A stretch of DNA of 64,000 nt from Candidatus Aenigmatarchaeota archaeon (GCA_016185435.1 JACPNN010000004.1:73635-137634); one strand, 5' to 3'; shown: positions 18,291-27,656, numbered from the stretch's first letter. Made by a program: numbers and translations. Notes: generated by a model from the sequence alone, not told the origin.

Positions 18291-18336
18291 ATTTTGTCAC
18301 TAATAAGTAGTTTCGAATATATATTTAAATGCTTTT

Positions 18337-19259
18337 TGTGCTATCCCGAATTAGTTAGAGCCTTCCTGTCACTATAAAATACCTCGGCAGGGTATTTATA
18401 GCCTATAGCGCCGCATGGCCTCCTATAGTTCCAGTATCTAACGAACTTACCGTGGTCGCCTTTGGTGACCCATATCTCCGCCTCATAGCAGCCATGGAAA
18501 TTCTCAATCTTGCCGCAGGTAGTCGGTCTCTTTACAGTGCTGTGGATAACCTGCACTCCCTGCTGTTCGCAGAACAGCTCGAAATCTGTCAGCTGTCCGC
18601 TCAGGTTGTTCCTGAACTGGCTGCCGTTGTCTGTCAGTATCTGCTCCGGAGTCCCGTATCTCCTGAAGGCTTGCGCTACAAGCCTTATTGCATTCTCCAT
18701 CGTGGCTTCATCGAACTTCTTTGACGCCGCGACAAACCTCGAATGGTCGTCATAAAACGTCAGCATGGGATTGCCGATCAGCACATCCTTCCAGTCTCCC
18801 TGCCACAGGGACATGCTGTGCTGCCTTTCCCATCGAGTCCTGCCCCATGTCCTTCTTTCCCTGGTTATGGGGCTGTTGAGGTTCTTTTCCTTGATGAGCT
18901 GGTATATGCGGTTATGCGGTATGTGCACCCCATGGTGCACATCGAGATGTCCTTCTATCTTGGTCGGCCCCCAGCGATAGGCTTTCCTCCATATCTGGAT
19001 CCTCCTTGAATCGTTGGCGCCTATGGTGTATCTGGCCTTCGGTCCAGGCTTCCTCTTGTTGACAAGGGAGGCGTACTCGCCTTTGTTTATCCGCAACTTC
19101 CAGAGAAAGTAAGTGCTTTCCGGTATATTCAGCTCTCTCCGTATGTCTATGTCGCTCCAGCCTTCTCTTAGCTTGAGCAGCATCATTGCTATCTTGTTGT
19201 CCCTGTCCATCGAATCACCTCATCCTGTTATAGGTGACTCCAACTAATAGGGATAGCTC
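18337..19259. mobile_element. Insertion sequence (about 923 bp) with a single DDE/rve transposase gene, imperfect terminal IRs and a 16-bp flanking direct repeat
   Basis: Left end TGTGCTATCCCGAATTAGTTAGAG (18337..18360). The right end is its inverted complement GCTATCCCTATTAGTTGGAG (19239..19258). The 16-mer ATATTTAAATGCTTTT occurs directly on both flanks (18321..18336 and 19260..19275). Confidence 0.75.
18341..19210 (-). CDS. DDE transposase, integrase-core (rve) type
   Basis: 289 aa. N-terminal HTH, then an rve-like catalytic core (WQGDW...D...LTDNGSQF...E). Confidence 0.8.
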   Translation of the reverse strand: MDRDNKIAMMLLKLREGWSDIDIRRELNIPESTYFLWKLRINKGEYASLVNKRKPGPKARYTIGANDSRRIQIWRKAYRWGPTKIEGHLDVHHGVHIPHNRIYQLIKEKNLNSPITRERRTWGRTRWERQHSMSLWQGDWKDVLIGNPMLTFYDDHSRFVAASKKFDEATMENAIRLVAQAFRRYGTPEQILTDNGSQFRNNLSGQLTDFELFCEQQGVQVIHSTVKRPTTCGKIENFHGCYEAEIWVTKGDHGKFVRYWNYRRPCGAIGYKYPAEVFYSDRKALTNSG

Positions 19260-19657
19260 ATATTTAAATGCTTTTCGGTACCGGAAAGGCAGAATTCTGG
19301 ATTTGCTCTTCTCCTGAATGTAACAAATAATCTGCATTTATGCAATCGCAGGATAGTGATTTTCTTTTTCCTGTTTTCTGTTTTCGGAAGAATGAAAGAA
19401 AACAAGAGTATAGAGTCTTTATTGCATCGAAATTGTCAATAGAATCAGGGATAAGAAAGTCCGGCTTTATGAAGATGCTGAAAAGCCTATGGTGTGTTCA
19501 GCGCCTCACCGGCCTTCAAAGCTTCTTCAGGCGTGATGGAAGCGTAATACAGGAGGGCTATGAAAAGGAGGATGAGGGAAGCGATGATGGCCATCCATAT
19601 GCTTCTGGGGATTTTGGGAAAGTTCATATATGTATATTTGTTGGAATTAGTTAAAAT

Positions 19658-20233
19658 CTAAGCACTTTCCTTGGCAGTTACAACACTTTCTGATTTCTGC
19701 CCTAAGCCAAGCAGTTCCCTGTATCCGGCCTCCACTGGATCGCCTGGGCTCAGGCTGCCTGCATAGCTGTCGAATGCGCCTTTTGTCTGATATGCCAATT
19801 GGCCGACTAGTACCATGTCGTTGTGGCTTGCCTTGCCTGCAAGCTTTTTCAGGCCGGCAAAGGTCTTATAAATGACTTCATTGCCCTCTGAAAGGGCCTG
19901 CAGCCTTTCCCATTCTTTCTGCTTTTTAAAGTCTATGAAAGTGTCATTGCTACCGCCACGGAAAGGAACCCAGAGCCCCCATTTGTATCCGTCTCCCACA
20001 AGGCGATTAGCCAAAAGCTGCGAGAAAGGGGCGGCATACAATGTCCCTCCCTTCACAAAGCAGATAACGCCAGCATTGGCGCCATATGTTCTCTCAAGGT
20101 CGTGCAGATCGCTATAGTCGCTGGGAGGCTTTACTTGATATTCCTGCCAAGTTTCGTCGCCATGAAAATGTGTTCTGAGCTTTTCCCTGAAATTCCTTCT
20201 CACTATCGGAATGGCAGTGTTTTCCAGAGACAT
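19658..20233 (-). CDS. Hypothetical protein
   Basis: 191-aa ORF with coherent codon usage. No recognisable motif. Confidence 0.4.
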   Translation of the reverse strand: MSLENTAIPIVRRNFREKLRTHFHGDETWQEYQVKPPSDYSDLHDLERTYGANAGVICFVKGGTLYAAPFSQLLANRLVGDGYKWGLWVPFRGGSNDTFIDFKKQKEWERLQALSEGNEVIYKTFAGLKKLAGKASHNDMVLVGQLAYQTKGAFDSYAGSLSPGDPVEAGYRELLGLGQKSESVVTAKESA

Positions 20234-20375
20234 AGTATCACTTTTACTATTAGATGGTGATACTATATTTATAAGCTTTTTGGTGGGAGGTTTCAGGGTT
20301 GAAAAGTGGCTATAGATATCTGTATAACAATGTTATATTCCAGCAATCAACTTTAAATTCCTGTGCCGCCCCATC

Positions 20376-21437
20376 TCAAGTCCCCACCACAATCCTTATC
20401 AGGTCCCTCAGCCCGGGCGCAAGGCCCAGTATCAGAATCACCAGCTTCAGGAAGCCCTTGAAATCCCTGCTCTCATCGCTCCTTTCTATATACCAGAGTA
20501 TAGGCAGGACAACAACTGCCTTCAGAAGGAAGAATGACTCAGGCCCAAAAATGCCAGTCACGAACTCCACCAGCGGATGCTGCTCCCCATATCCGAGGTA
20601 CTTGAGCGCGATGAATGTGGCCGAAGCGTCGAGAAAATGGGCCGACATGATGAGCTGGATGTCTTTCTTCAGCAGTATACCGAATGCCTCCTGAAGCCTG
20701 TTCCTGTTATTTTTTTTGAAATAATGGCTCAAAGAATGCAGAAAAGCATACGTAAAAACAGAGGCCAATATAGTGAGGCCTGTTACGTGAAAGAATCTTT
20801 CAGGATATCTGTAAGGCAGTACGCTCAGGCTGATAACTGCTGCAATAGCTCCAATGGAGAGCATGGTTTTCCAGTAAGGAATCCTTATGTTTCTTTTTCC
20901 AAGAGCCTTCTCAGCGGCTATTGAGAAAAGGAAGATGAACAGGGCCAGGAAGAACGTCAGAAGGTAGCTTCCGGGTGTGGCGAAGAAAGGCACAATCCAG
21001 CTCAAAGGCAGCAATATGAAGTCAGGAAGGGGTGAAGAAGAAAGATGCTCGAATGCCTTCTGCTGCAGCAGACCGATATTGAAGCCTGGCTCTGAGACTG
21101 AAAGGAACCTTGAAAGCTGGCCTGTTTGCTCAGCTGCCTTGTAGGCCAGGCCATAAGCGACGTCCCTTAGAACTCTTGTTGAAGATGCAAGCACGATGAA
21201 GGGTATGATAGCCCAGAAAAAATGTTTGTCTATTTTTATTTCAAACTTCCTGACAAGCCTGTAGACGCCATATACGGAAACAATAAGAATAGCTGCATAT
21301 GTGACTGAATTGACAGGATTGAAATCCCCGCCTCTAAGGATAGGCTCGATGAAATTCTCCTCAAGAAAACCCATGGTGGTTATTGGCTCTGCTGCTTTAA
21401 TAATTTTTGGGTCGATATACAAGATGGCATTTGACAA
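20376..21437 (-). CDS. Polytopic integral membrane protein (at least 8 TM), unknown function
   Basis: 353 aa, mostly hydrophobic helices. The start may be the internal Met at 21373 (MGFLEENF...). Confidence 0.5.
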   Translation of the reverse strand: MSNAILYIDPKIIKAAEPITTMGFLEENFIEPILRGGDFNPVNSVTYAAILIVSVYGVYRLVRKFEIKIDKHFFWAIIPFIVLASSTRVLRDVAYGLAYKAAEQTGQLSRFLSVSEPGFNIGLLQQKAFEHLSSSPLPDFILLPLSWIVPFFATPGSYLLTFFLALFIFLFSIAAEKALGKRNIRIPYWKTMLSIGAIAAVISLSVLPYRYPERFFHVTGLTILASVFTYAFLHSLSHYFKKNNRNRLQEAFGILLKKDIQLIMSAHFLDASATFIALKYLGYGEQHPLVEFVTGIFGPESFFLLKAVVVLPILWYIERSDESRDFKGFLKLVILILGLAPGLRDLIRIVVGT

Positions 21438-22191
21438 AGAGGATGAGGAAGAAGGTTATGTTATTGTAACAGAAGAGACAGGATATAGAAACTTGGAAAA
21501 AAAGAGAAATCATGCTTTAATTGAACCTGATTATGATGCATGGTTTGCAGGCCTTTCTGCCGACACCAGAATAGATCCTGATTTCGTGAACGGCTATCTG
21601 AGGGACAGAATGAGAGCAGTCGGGGAAAAGGCCTCCAGGCTTACAGGCAAGCCCTATGTTGAGCCTGACTTCTATTTCAATGATGATCTTGGCGATGCTA
21701 TAGCCGGTGCTACATACATAGACAAAAAAGGCGATGCAAAAGGAATAGCCTTCAATCCGTCTATAACCGAGGACTATGAACAGACAAAAATGGTTGCGGG
21801 GCATGAGGCCATACATGCTGTGCAAAAAGGCCTGCATGTGCTTGCGGACGTATATGCCGAGCTTACCGATGAAAGAACTGGCCAGTCATATCTCTTTGCC
21901 ATCGGCAGGGCAATAGCGGAAGGCGACAATGAGTTTACCTCAGAGGCCATCGGAGAAGGAGCTACAGGAGCATATTCCGAAGAGCTTGGGCTTGCAAGAG
22001 GCCTGGATTCAATTTATCCAAACAAGAGACTTTTTAGGACAGCAGAGAATCAGGATTATGAGACTCTAGAAAAGATGCTGAATTATGAAGAAGCAAAAGG
22101 GGTTATAGACAGCTATCTTAAATCCAAGCTTGGCAGGGCAGGCAGGGCATACACCTCATCTGAGATGGTATACGCTCCGGCATCGGAATGA
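21301..22191 (+). CDS. Membrane-anchored putative zinc metalloprotease-like protein (HExxH)
   Basis: HEAIH motif (AGHEAIHAVQKG) and an N-terminal TM helix. The start is uncertain (internal Mets at about 21349 or 21373) because of the overlap with the divergent gene. Confidence 0.45.
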   Translation: MTELTGLKSPPLRIGSMKFSSRKPMVVIGSAALIIFGSIYKMAFDKEDEEEGYVIVTEETGYRNLEKKRNHALIEPDYDAWFAGLSADTRIDPDFVNGYLRDRMRAVGEKASRLTGKPYVEPDFYFNDDLGDAIAGATYIDKKGDAKGIAFNPSITEDYEQTKMVAGHEAIHAVQKGLHVLADVYAELTDERTGQSYLFAIGRAIAEGDNEFTSEAIGEGATGAYSEELGLARGLDSIYPNKRLFRTAENQDYETLEKMLNYEEAKGVIDSYLKSKLGRAGRAYTSSEMVYAPASE

Positions 22192-22318
22192 ATCCTTCAT
22201 CTGCAGCAAGTCTCCCTCTCAGAAGCTTATCTACGGGCTCGGGCCTTATTATTACTAATAGGGAGATTTCACTAAATTAATAAAGATGAAACTACTAAGT
22301 AGTAAATAAAGTGATAAT

Positions 22319-23200
22319 ATGGTAGACATACTGGTGAGGAAGAAAGTATTAAAGATACAGGAAAGGCTGGGTATGAGGATAGGCATACCATACGGGACAA
22401 AGGACATACTTGCCGATAATCAAAAGAGCACGATTGAAGTTTTGAAGGAGCTCTACAAGATAGGCCTCAAGTCGTTTGTCCTGCCGAAGGAGCTTTTTGC
22501 CAATATAAGCCATCACAGCGAAGTGTACAAGGTGAGGTATGCAGAGCTCCTCAAGATCAAGGATGAGGCGAAAAGATATAATATAGAACTTGCCCTCAGG
22601 CATGATTCCCTTTCCTCTGAACCTGATGAGACGCTGAGAATATTCACGACCGTTGCGAGCATAATGGACTGCAGGGGGATAATAATCCAGCCTAACTTCT
22701 ACAGCAAAATCATGCCGAAAGACCAGGCACTCAAGCTTGCGGTTTATAAGATAAACGAGATAACCACCAGCTCAGGCTTCAAGACAAAGCTCGGCATAGA
22801 GACGACAGGAAAGACAAATGACGTCGGCAGCCTCGAGGATGTCATAGACATAGTAAAAAGGACCCATTCGACAGAGGCCGTCATAAACTGGGGGCATCTC
22901 CATGCGAGGGAGAGGGGATGGCTCAGGGCGAGAACCGACTTCGGCTATGTGATAAAGAAGCTGAGGGAAAGCATTGGCTTGAACTCAATCCATAATGCAT
23001 ACTTCTTCTTCTCCGGAGTAAATTACGGCAAAGACGGCTTTGCGGGCCATCTTCCCTATGAAAAAGCCGACATAAACCTTGAGCACATGATACGGGAAAG
23101 CATGTCCGCAGGCGTGAAAGGCACGCTGATTTTCGAGGACCCGAACAAGGAGAACTTTGTCCTCAAGCTGATGGACAAGCTTGCCGATATGGTGAGGTAG
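22319..23200 (+). CDS. Xylose-isomerase-like / AP-endonuclease-family-2-like TIM-barrel protein
   Basis: 293 aa. Weak resemblance to the Endo IV/UvdE-type TIM barrel (IETTGK, WGHLHARE). Assignment is tentative. Confidence 0.4.
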   Translation: MVDILVRKKVLKIQERLGMRIGIPYGTKDILADNQKSTIEVLKELYKIGLKSFVLPKELFANISHHSEVYKVRYAELLKIKDEAKRYNIELALRHDSLSSEPDETLRIFTTVASIMDCRGIIIQPNFYSKIMPKDQALKLAVYKINEITTSSGFKTKLGIETTGKTNDVGSLEDVIDIVKRTHSTEAVINWGHLHARERGWLRARTDFGYVIKKLRESIGLNSIHNAYFFFSGVNYGKDGFAGHLPYEKADINLEHMIRESMSAGVKGTLIFEDPNKENFVLKLMDKLADMVR

Positions 23201-23314
23201 CTGCACCGCTACCAAAAGGCTTAGGGATGTGCAGTCTCCTAATCTTATGGACGATTTATGAGGGGATGGCAGGCACTCTCCGGATTTATAAAAAAGGCTG
23301 TGCAATGATATTCT

Positions 23315-23608
23315 ATGAAGGCATACGGAGAAATCTTGAGAATTTTGAGGAAACAAAAGCCATTGCTCGGAAGCAGATACAGTGTCAGTTATATAGGCGT
23401 CTTTGGTTCGTATGCAAGAGGAACGCAAAAAAAGGGCAGCGATATTGATATCCTCGTGGATTTTAGCGGGCCAATAGGCCTCTTTGCATTTATGCAACTT
23501 GAAAGCTATTTGAGCAACATCCTGGGCATTAAGGCCGATTTGGTAATGAAGACCGCACTAAAACCGCATATAGGAAAGCTCATAATCAAAGAGGTAGTTC
23601 CAGCATGA
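23315..23608 (+). CDS. mntA: Minimal nucleotidyltransferase (MNT) antitoxin-like protein
   Basis: GSYARGTQKKGSDIDILVDF Pol-beta-type NTase motif. 97 aa. The stop overlaps the start of the HEPN gene. Confidence 0.8.
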   Translation: MKAYGEILRILRKQKPLLGSRYSVSYIGVFGSYARGTQKKGSDIDILVDFSGPIGLFAFMQLESYLSNILGIKADLVMKTALKPHIGKLIIKEVVPA

Positions 23609-23949
23609 AAAGGGAATTCCTGGATTATGTTGAAGATGTCATAAAATCCATCACTATGATAGAGGAATTCGTCTCAGGTTTGTCTTATGAGAACTTCAAG
23701 AAGGACGAGAAAACTGCATATGCTGTTGTGCGTGCCCTTGAAATAATAGGTGAATCTGTGAAAAACATGCCTGTGGCGATCAGGCAGCATTATCCTGAAA
23801 TCCAGTGGAAAGAAATGTCTGCAATGCGGGACAAGCTTATTCATGCATATTTTGGAGTTGATCTTTCGGTGGTATGGAAGACCATCAAAGAAGAGCTTCC
23901 TCCCCTTAAACCTTTGTTCGAGAAGATAAAGCGAGATTGCCAAAAATAG
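23605..23949 (+). CDS. hepT: HEPN-domain (DUF86/HepT-like) toxin-like protein
   Basis: 114 aa. R-x4-6-H-like motif (RDKLIHAYFGVD). Translationally coupled to the MNT gene. Confidence 0.75.
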   Translation: MKREFLDYVEDVIKSITMIEEFVSGLSYENFKKDEKTAYAVVRALEIIGESVKNMPVAIRQHYPEIQWKEMSAMRDKLIHAYFGVDLSVVWKTIKEELPPLKPLFEKIKRDCQK

Positions 23950-23986
23950 AAGAGGCTGCATTTCAGGAAATAGAAGTAAAAGACAT

Positions 23987-24535
23987 ATGATCATAACCAT
24001 CTCTGGCAAGCCCGGCTCAGGCAAATCGACTGTGGCCAGGCTTCTCGCAAAAAGGCTTGGATACAGGCATTACTCTGTGGGGGATTTCATGAGGCAGATA
24101 GCGAAGGAGAAGAAGATATCCCTCCTTGAGCTTTCGAATATTGCTGAACAGGGGATTGAAACAGACAGTAGGCTTGATGATATGCAGATCAAGCTGAAGG
24201 GGCAGGATAATTTTGTCCTCGACAGCAGATTGGGATGGCATTTCCTCCCCAACTCCCTGAAGATATTTCTCGAAGTGGATGATAAAACAGCGGCGAAAAG
24301 GATATACAGGGACATGAGAAAGGAGGAGAAGGAAAACATGACACTGGAAGACACGGAAAAATCAATCAGAAGGAGGATAAAATCGGAAAAAGAGAGGTAC
24401 AAGGAATACTATGGCCTAAACCCGTATGACAAGAGGCATTATGATCTTGTCATGGACACAAACAGACAGGCGCCTGAAAAAGTTGTTCGAATTATATTGA
24501 ATTTTCTGGAAGGGCAGCTACCGCACCATCCCTAA
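23987..24535 (+). CDS. cmk: Cytidylate kinase, archaeal type
   Basis: P-loop ISGKPGSGKST, 182 aa, and overall similarity to archaeal Cmk / adenylate-kinase-like NMP kinases. Confidence 0.75.
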   Translation: MIITISGKPGSGKSTVARLLAKRLGYRHYSVGDFMRQIAKEKKISLLELSNIAEQGIETDSRLDDMQIKLKGQDNFVLDSRLGWHFLPNSLKIFLEVDDKTAAKRIYRDMRKEEKENMTLEDTEKSIRRRIKSEKERYKEYYGLNPYDKRHYDLVMDTNRQAPEKVVRIILNFLEGQLPHHP

Positions 24536-25072
24536 AAGAGCATCCAATATCACAGGAGCTTCTGTGATTCCCTCATCGCTGCTGAAATGCCCCATGCCAT
24601 TGACGATTACCGCCTCTGCGCCAAGATTCTTCTGGTAGGTAAAGGCATGGTCTATAGGCACTATTTTGTCGTCCTCTGAGTGTATCACGACAAAGTTTGC
24701 GCAGACAGCTTTTACCCTTTCCCAATCAAGAGGTTTTTTGAAAAAATTTTCAATATACTTATATCCCCTATTATCGGCTGGCGCTGCAACAAGAACTGCG
24801 CCTCCGATATGCTGTCCTTTCTTCAGGGCATCAAGATATCTGAGAATGGCAAGGCAGCCTAGGCTGTGGCCTATGAAATAGGTGTCGCTGTCAGGCTTTC
24901 CGACAATAGCTGATAAGCAGCTTACCCAGTCCTCTGCTTTCGGATAATCTGGGTCGGGCATCCGGGGGGCAAAAACTTCAAAGCCTTTCTCCTCCAATTT
25001 ATCCTTGATCCACAATTTCCAGCCTGTGTCAGGCCTCCCCTGAAAACCGTGGACAATAAGAACCCTTTTCAT
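24518..25072 (-). CDS. Alpha/beta serine hydrolase (RBBP9/YdeN-like)
   Basis: 184 aa. GHSLG nucleophile elbow and the conserved MKRVLIVHGF... N-terminus of the YdeN/RBBP9 family. Confidence 0.7.
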   Translation of the reverse strand: MKRVLIVHGFQGRPDTGWKLWIKDKLEEKGFEVFAPRMPDPDYPKAEDWVSCLSAIVGKPDSDTYFIGHSLGCLAILRYLDALKKGQHIGGAVLVAAPADNRGYKYIENFFKKPLDWERVKAVCANFVVIHSEDDKIVPIDHAFTYQKNLGAEAVIVNGMGHFSSDEGITEAPVILDALLGMVR

Positions 25073-25297
25073 ATTATGCCAAACCTTTTATGGGTTTTAT
25101 AGCTCAAAAAGGTTTAATCCAAAAACGATTAACCTCTGTAATCAGAGGGAAGTAAACCATAGAAGGGATACCTCCCTTCTGGGAAAGGTTTAATCCAAAA
25201 CCAGCACTTGTAATGTTGGTTTCTCAGGGGGAAATGGGGATGCGCAGCCTTCGGCTGGCATGCCTTCGCAAAGCGAAGAGCATCGCTGGAAACCCCA

Positions 25298-25843
25298 TCA
25301 GCACACCTTCTCCCCAATCCTCTCCATAAGCTCCTTCTTTATGTACACAGGGGCTGAGAACCTGTAAGCAACAGCCACTGCATCGCTGGGCCTGGAATCA
25401 AGTGCTATGAGCTTGTTATCGCCCTTTATGAAAAGCTTTGAGTAGTAAATTCCGTCCCTCATGTCCTCGACCTTGACCATCAGGACCTCGACATCGAGGG
25501 ACTGCAGGGCATCTGAAAGCAATTCATGGGTGAAAGGCCTTATAGGCGTCTCTTTCAGTCTGGCCCTTTCGATTGCAGCAGCCTGTTCAGGAGTCGTGCC
25601 TGCAGATATCTGCATGCAGGAGGCGGCCATGAATACTGTGGTTCCCCGCGCAGTGACATTCAGCAAAAGGTAGCCTCCTGTCGACAGAGGCGATAGTTCG
25701 CCTTTGGGAGAAGGTAAAATGCCTCTTTCATTTTCTATCTGATGCTTGCCTGACTGGAGATTCATTATGTAAAAAATGACAGCGAGGGCCAACAATAGAA
25801 AAATAAGGTAATATGCGCCCCTGCCATTATTTCTGTTTTTCAT
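25298..25843 (-). CDS. Bifunctional nuclease family (DUF151) protein with N-terminal TM anchor
   Basis: C-terminal region ...LMVKVEDMRDGIYYSKLFIKGDNKLIALDSRPSDAVAVAYRFSAPVYI matches the DUF151 fold signature. Confidence 0.65.
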   Translation of the reverse strand: MKNRNNGRGAYYLIFLLLALAVIFYIMNLQSGKHQIENERGILPSPKGELSPLSTGGYLLLNVTARGTTVFMAASCMQISAGTTPEQAAAIERARLKETPIRPFTHELLSDALQSLDVEVLMVKVEDMRDGIYYSKLFIKGDNKLIALDSRPSDAVAVAYRFSAPVYIKKELMERIGEKVC

Positions 25844-25845
25844 GC

Positions 25846-26604
25846 CTATTCAATGAAATATCCCATTGCCTCCCATATATCCTTTGCCCTGGCTGTATCC
25901 ATGCCTAATCTGGACGACAAGTCCTCGTCTTTGGCCACATAGCTTGTTTCGCAGTAGTTGATCCCGCCGAGCATCCTGCACTCGAATTTCTTTTCATGGC
26001 CTATTGTCTGGAAATAGTACTCGCTGGGGATAACAAAAAGCTTCGCTCCTGCCGCTTTTGCTGCCTTTGCCTTCTCCTCTATGCCGCCTGCAAGGCCTAT
26101 GGTTCCGTCCTCATTTATGGAGCCTGTAATCATCGTACTCTGCCTTATTGTCCTGTTTTCAAGAGCGGCTATGGTAGCCAATGTGAGCGCTGCTCCTGCT
26201 GACGGGCCTTCTATAAAAGATGCGTTTGTCTCCATCGCATAGATTATATCATATGAATGGATGTTGATGCCAGTGACGTTTTCAGCGACCTTCCTTGACA
26301 CCCTTATGCTGTTCTGCGTGTCTGTGAAGAAAAGCACGCTGTTTATGTCTGCAAGAACTCTTCCCTGCCCCGGCAAGGCGATAACCCTGAGCCTGCTCGC
26401 CACGCCCTTGCCCTGCGTGTCGACGGCAGGAACTTGAATCACTGCTTCGGAGCCTTTGCTTCCCATTTTGCTCGCAACAATCCTTTCCACAACCTTTTCC
26501 ACTGGCTTTTCCACATATACTGCCTTGGGAAAGAACTCTGTGCCGGCATACAGACCAATGAGCAGAGCAGCAATGGTGGCAACGTAGATAAATTTATGGC
26601 TCAT
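25846..26604 (-). CDS. Membrane-anchored Lon-like (S16) protease domain protein
   Basis: N-terminal TM, then a Lon_C-like proteolytic domain (TGSINEDGTIGLAGGIEEKAKAAKAAGAKLFVIP). Confidence 0.7.
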   Translation of the reverse strand: MSHKFIYVATIAALLIGLYAGTEFFPKAVYVEKPVEKVVERIVASKMGSKGSEAVIQVPAVDTQGKGVASRLRVIALPGQGRVLADINSVLFFTDTQNSIRVSRKVAENVTGINIHSYDIIYAMETNASFIEGPSAGAALTLATIAALENRTIRQSTMITGSINEDGTIGLAGGIEEKAKAAKAAGAKLFVIPSEYYFQTIGHEKKFECRMLGGINYCETSYVAKDEDLSSRLGMDTARAKDIWEAMGYFIE

Positions 26605-26610
26605 ACCATC

Positions 26611-27198
26611 TTATGGCGCAGCACGAATAAAAAGTTCACGGGGGGCCTGCAGTTTTTTTGCCCTCACAGATATCGAATCTATAAAGCTGTCGGAATTGGG
26701 AGCTATTTTGTCAACTTTCTGCAGCAGCCTGTAGATCAGGTTTCTGGCCTTTCCTACCTTGGTTGGCAGCAATATCTCGACAAGGGCTGATGCCCTGCCG
26801 CCGCTCGTTTTCATCTCAATTATTTCAAATCCATGGTCCCTGAGAAGCCTTTCGACACATGGTTTCGTGAACCTGTAGAAGTCGTTTGGATGGGAATGGT
26901 AGCGGTAGAAGAAAGGAACCGAAAGATAGAGCATGCCGCCAGGCTTCAATACCCTGAAGCATTCGCCGAGAAAATGGTGCGTCCCGTAAAGGTGCTCCAT
27001 TATGCTGTGCGCATGCACCTCATCAAACTCTGAATTTTTTGCGAAATTCCAGTCCCTCTCTATATCCCAAACAATATCAGGCTCAACGCTATTATCTATA
27101 TCCACATTCAAGGCCCCATGCATCTTGAATTTCCCGCAGCCGATGTTCAGTTTTTTCATAGTGGGAAGTAATTGCTTTGTTTCCTTAAAAAAGCCCAT
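26611..27198 (-). CDS. Class I SAM-dependent methyltransferase
   Basis: LNIGCGKFKMHGALNVDI motif I and LKPGGMLYLSVP motif. Confidence 0.7.
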   Translation of the reverse strand: MGFFKETKQLLPTMKKLNIGCGKFKMHGALNVDIDNSVEPDIVWDIERDWNFAKNSEFDEVHAHSIMEHLYGTHHFLGECFRVLKPGGMLYLSVPFFYRYHSHPNDFYRFTKPCVERLLRDHGFEIIEMKTSGGRASALVEILLPTKVGKARNLIYRLLQKVDKIAPNSDSFIDSISVRAKKLQAPRELFIRAAP

Positions 27199-27220
27199 GC
27201 TGTCCGTAAAATTTCTATTT

Positions 27221-27541
27221 TCAAAAAAGTTTCTTCCCTATTTCCTTGTACAATCTGGACGCATTTTTTATTTCCTTTCCTCCCTTCTCCGTTATCTCAT
27301 AATATGTCTTTTCAGGCCCATGGTCCTTAACCCTCCTGACTGCCCTCACATAACCCCCTGCCTCCAGCTTCTTCAGAACCATATAGGCAGTGACATTTCC
27401 TGGCAGAAAGCCGAATTTCTGCCTGACTTTCTCCCGTATTTCATAGGGATACATGTCCTGCTCCTTAAGGAGTGTGAGGATGTAAACCCACAGGTTATCT
27501 CTTGTAAGGCTCCTGCTAAAGCGCTCGAAAGGCGTTGGCAT
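27221..27541 (-). CDS. PadR-family transcriptional regulator
   Basis: 106 aa. PadR wHTH signature (YILTLLKEQDMYPYEIREKV...GNVTAYMVLKKLEAGGYV). Confidence 0.75.
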   Translation of the reverse strand: MPTPFERFSRSLTRDNLWVYILTLLKEQDMYPYEIREKVRQKFGFLPGNVTAYMVLKKLEAGGYVRAVRRVKDHGPEKTYYEITEKGGKEIKNASRLYKEIGKKLF

Positions 27542-27656
27542 ATTCTTAATTGTTTCATGGAATAAAATACCATTCGCCTATCCCTGTGCAAACATTTATA
27601 AAACCTGCCCATGTTACTATTTTATTACATAAAATAGTCGGGGAGTTGGTGAGGGC

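Noticed and set aside
25129-25317. 62-aa minus-strand ORF in the hydrolase-nuclease intergenic region
   Set aside because: It overlaps the direct repeats and hairpins of a structured non-coding region. There is no RBS or conserved features, and the composition is Arg/Pro/Trp-rich.
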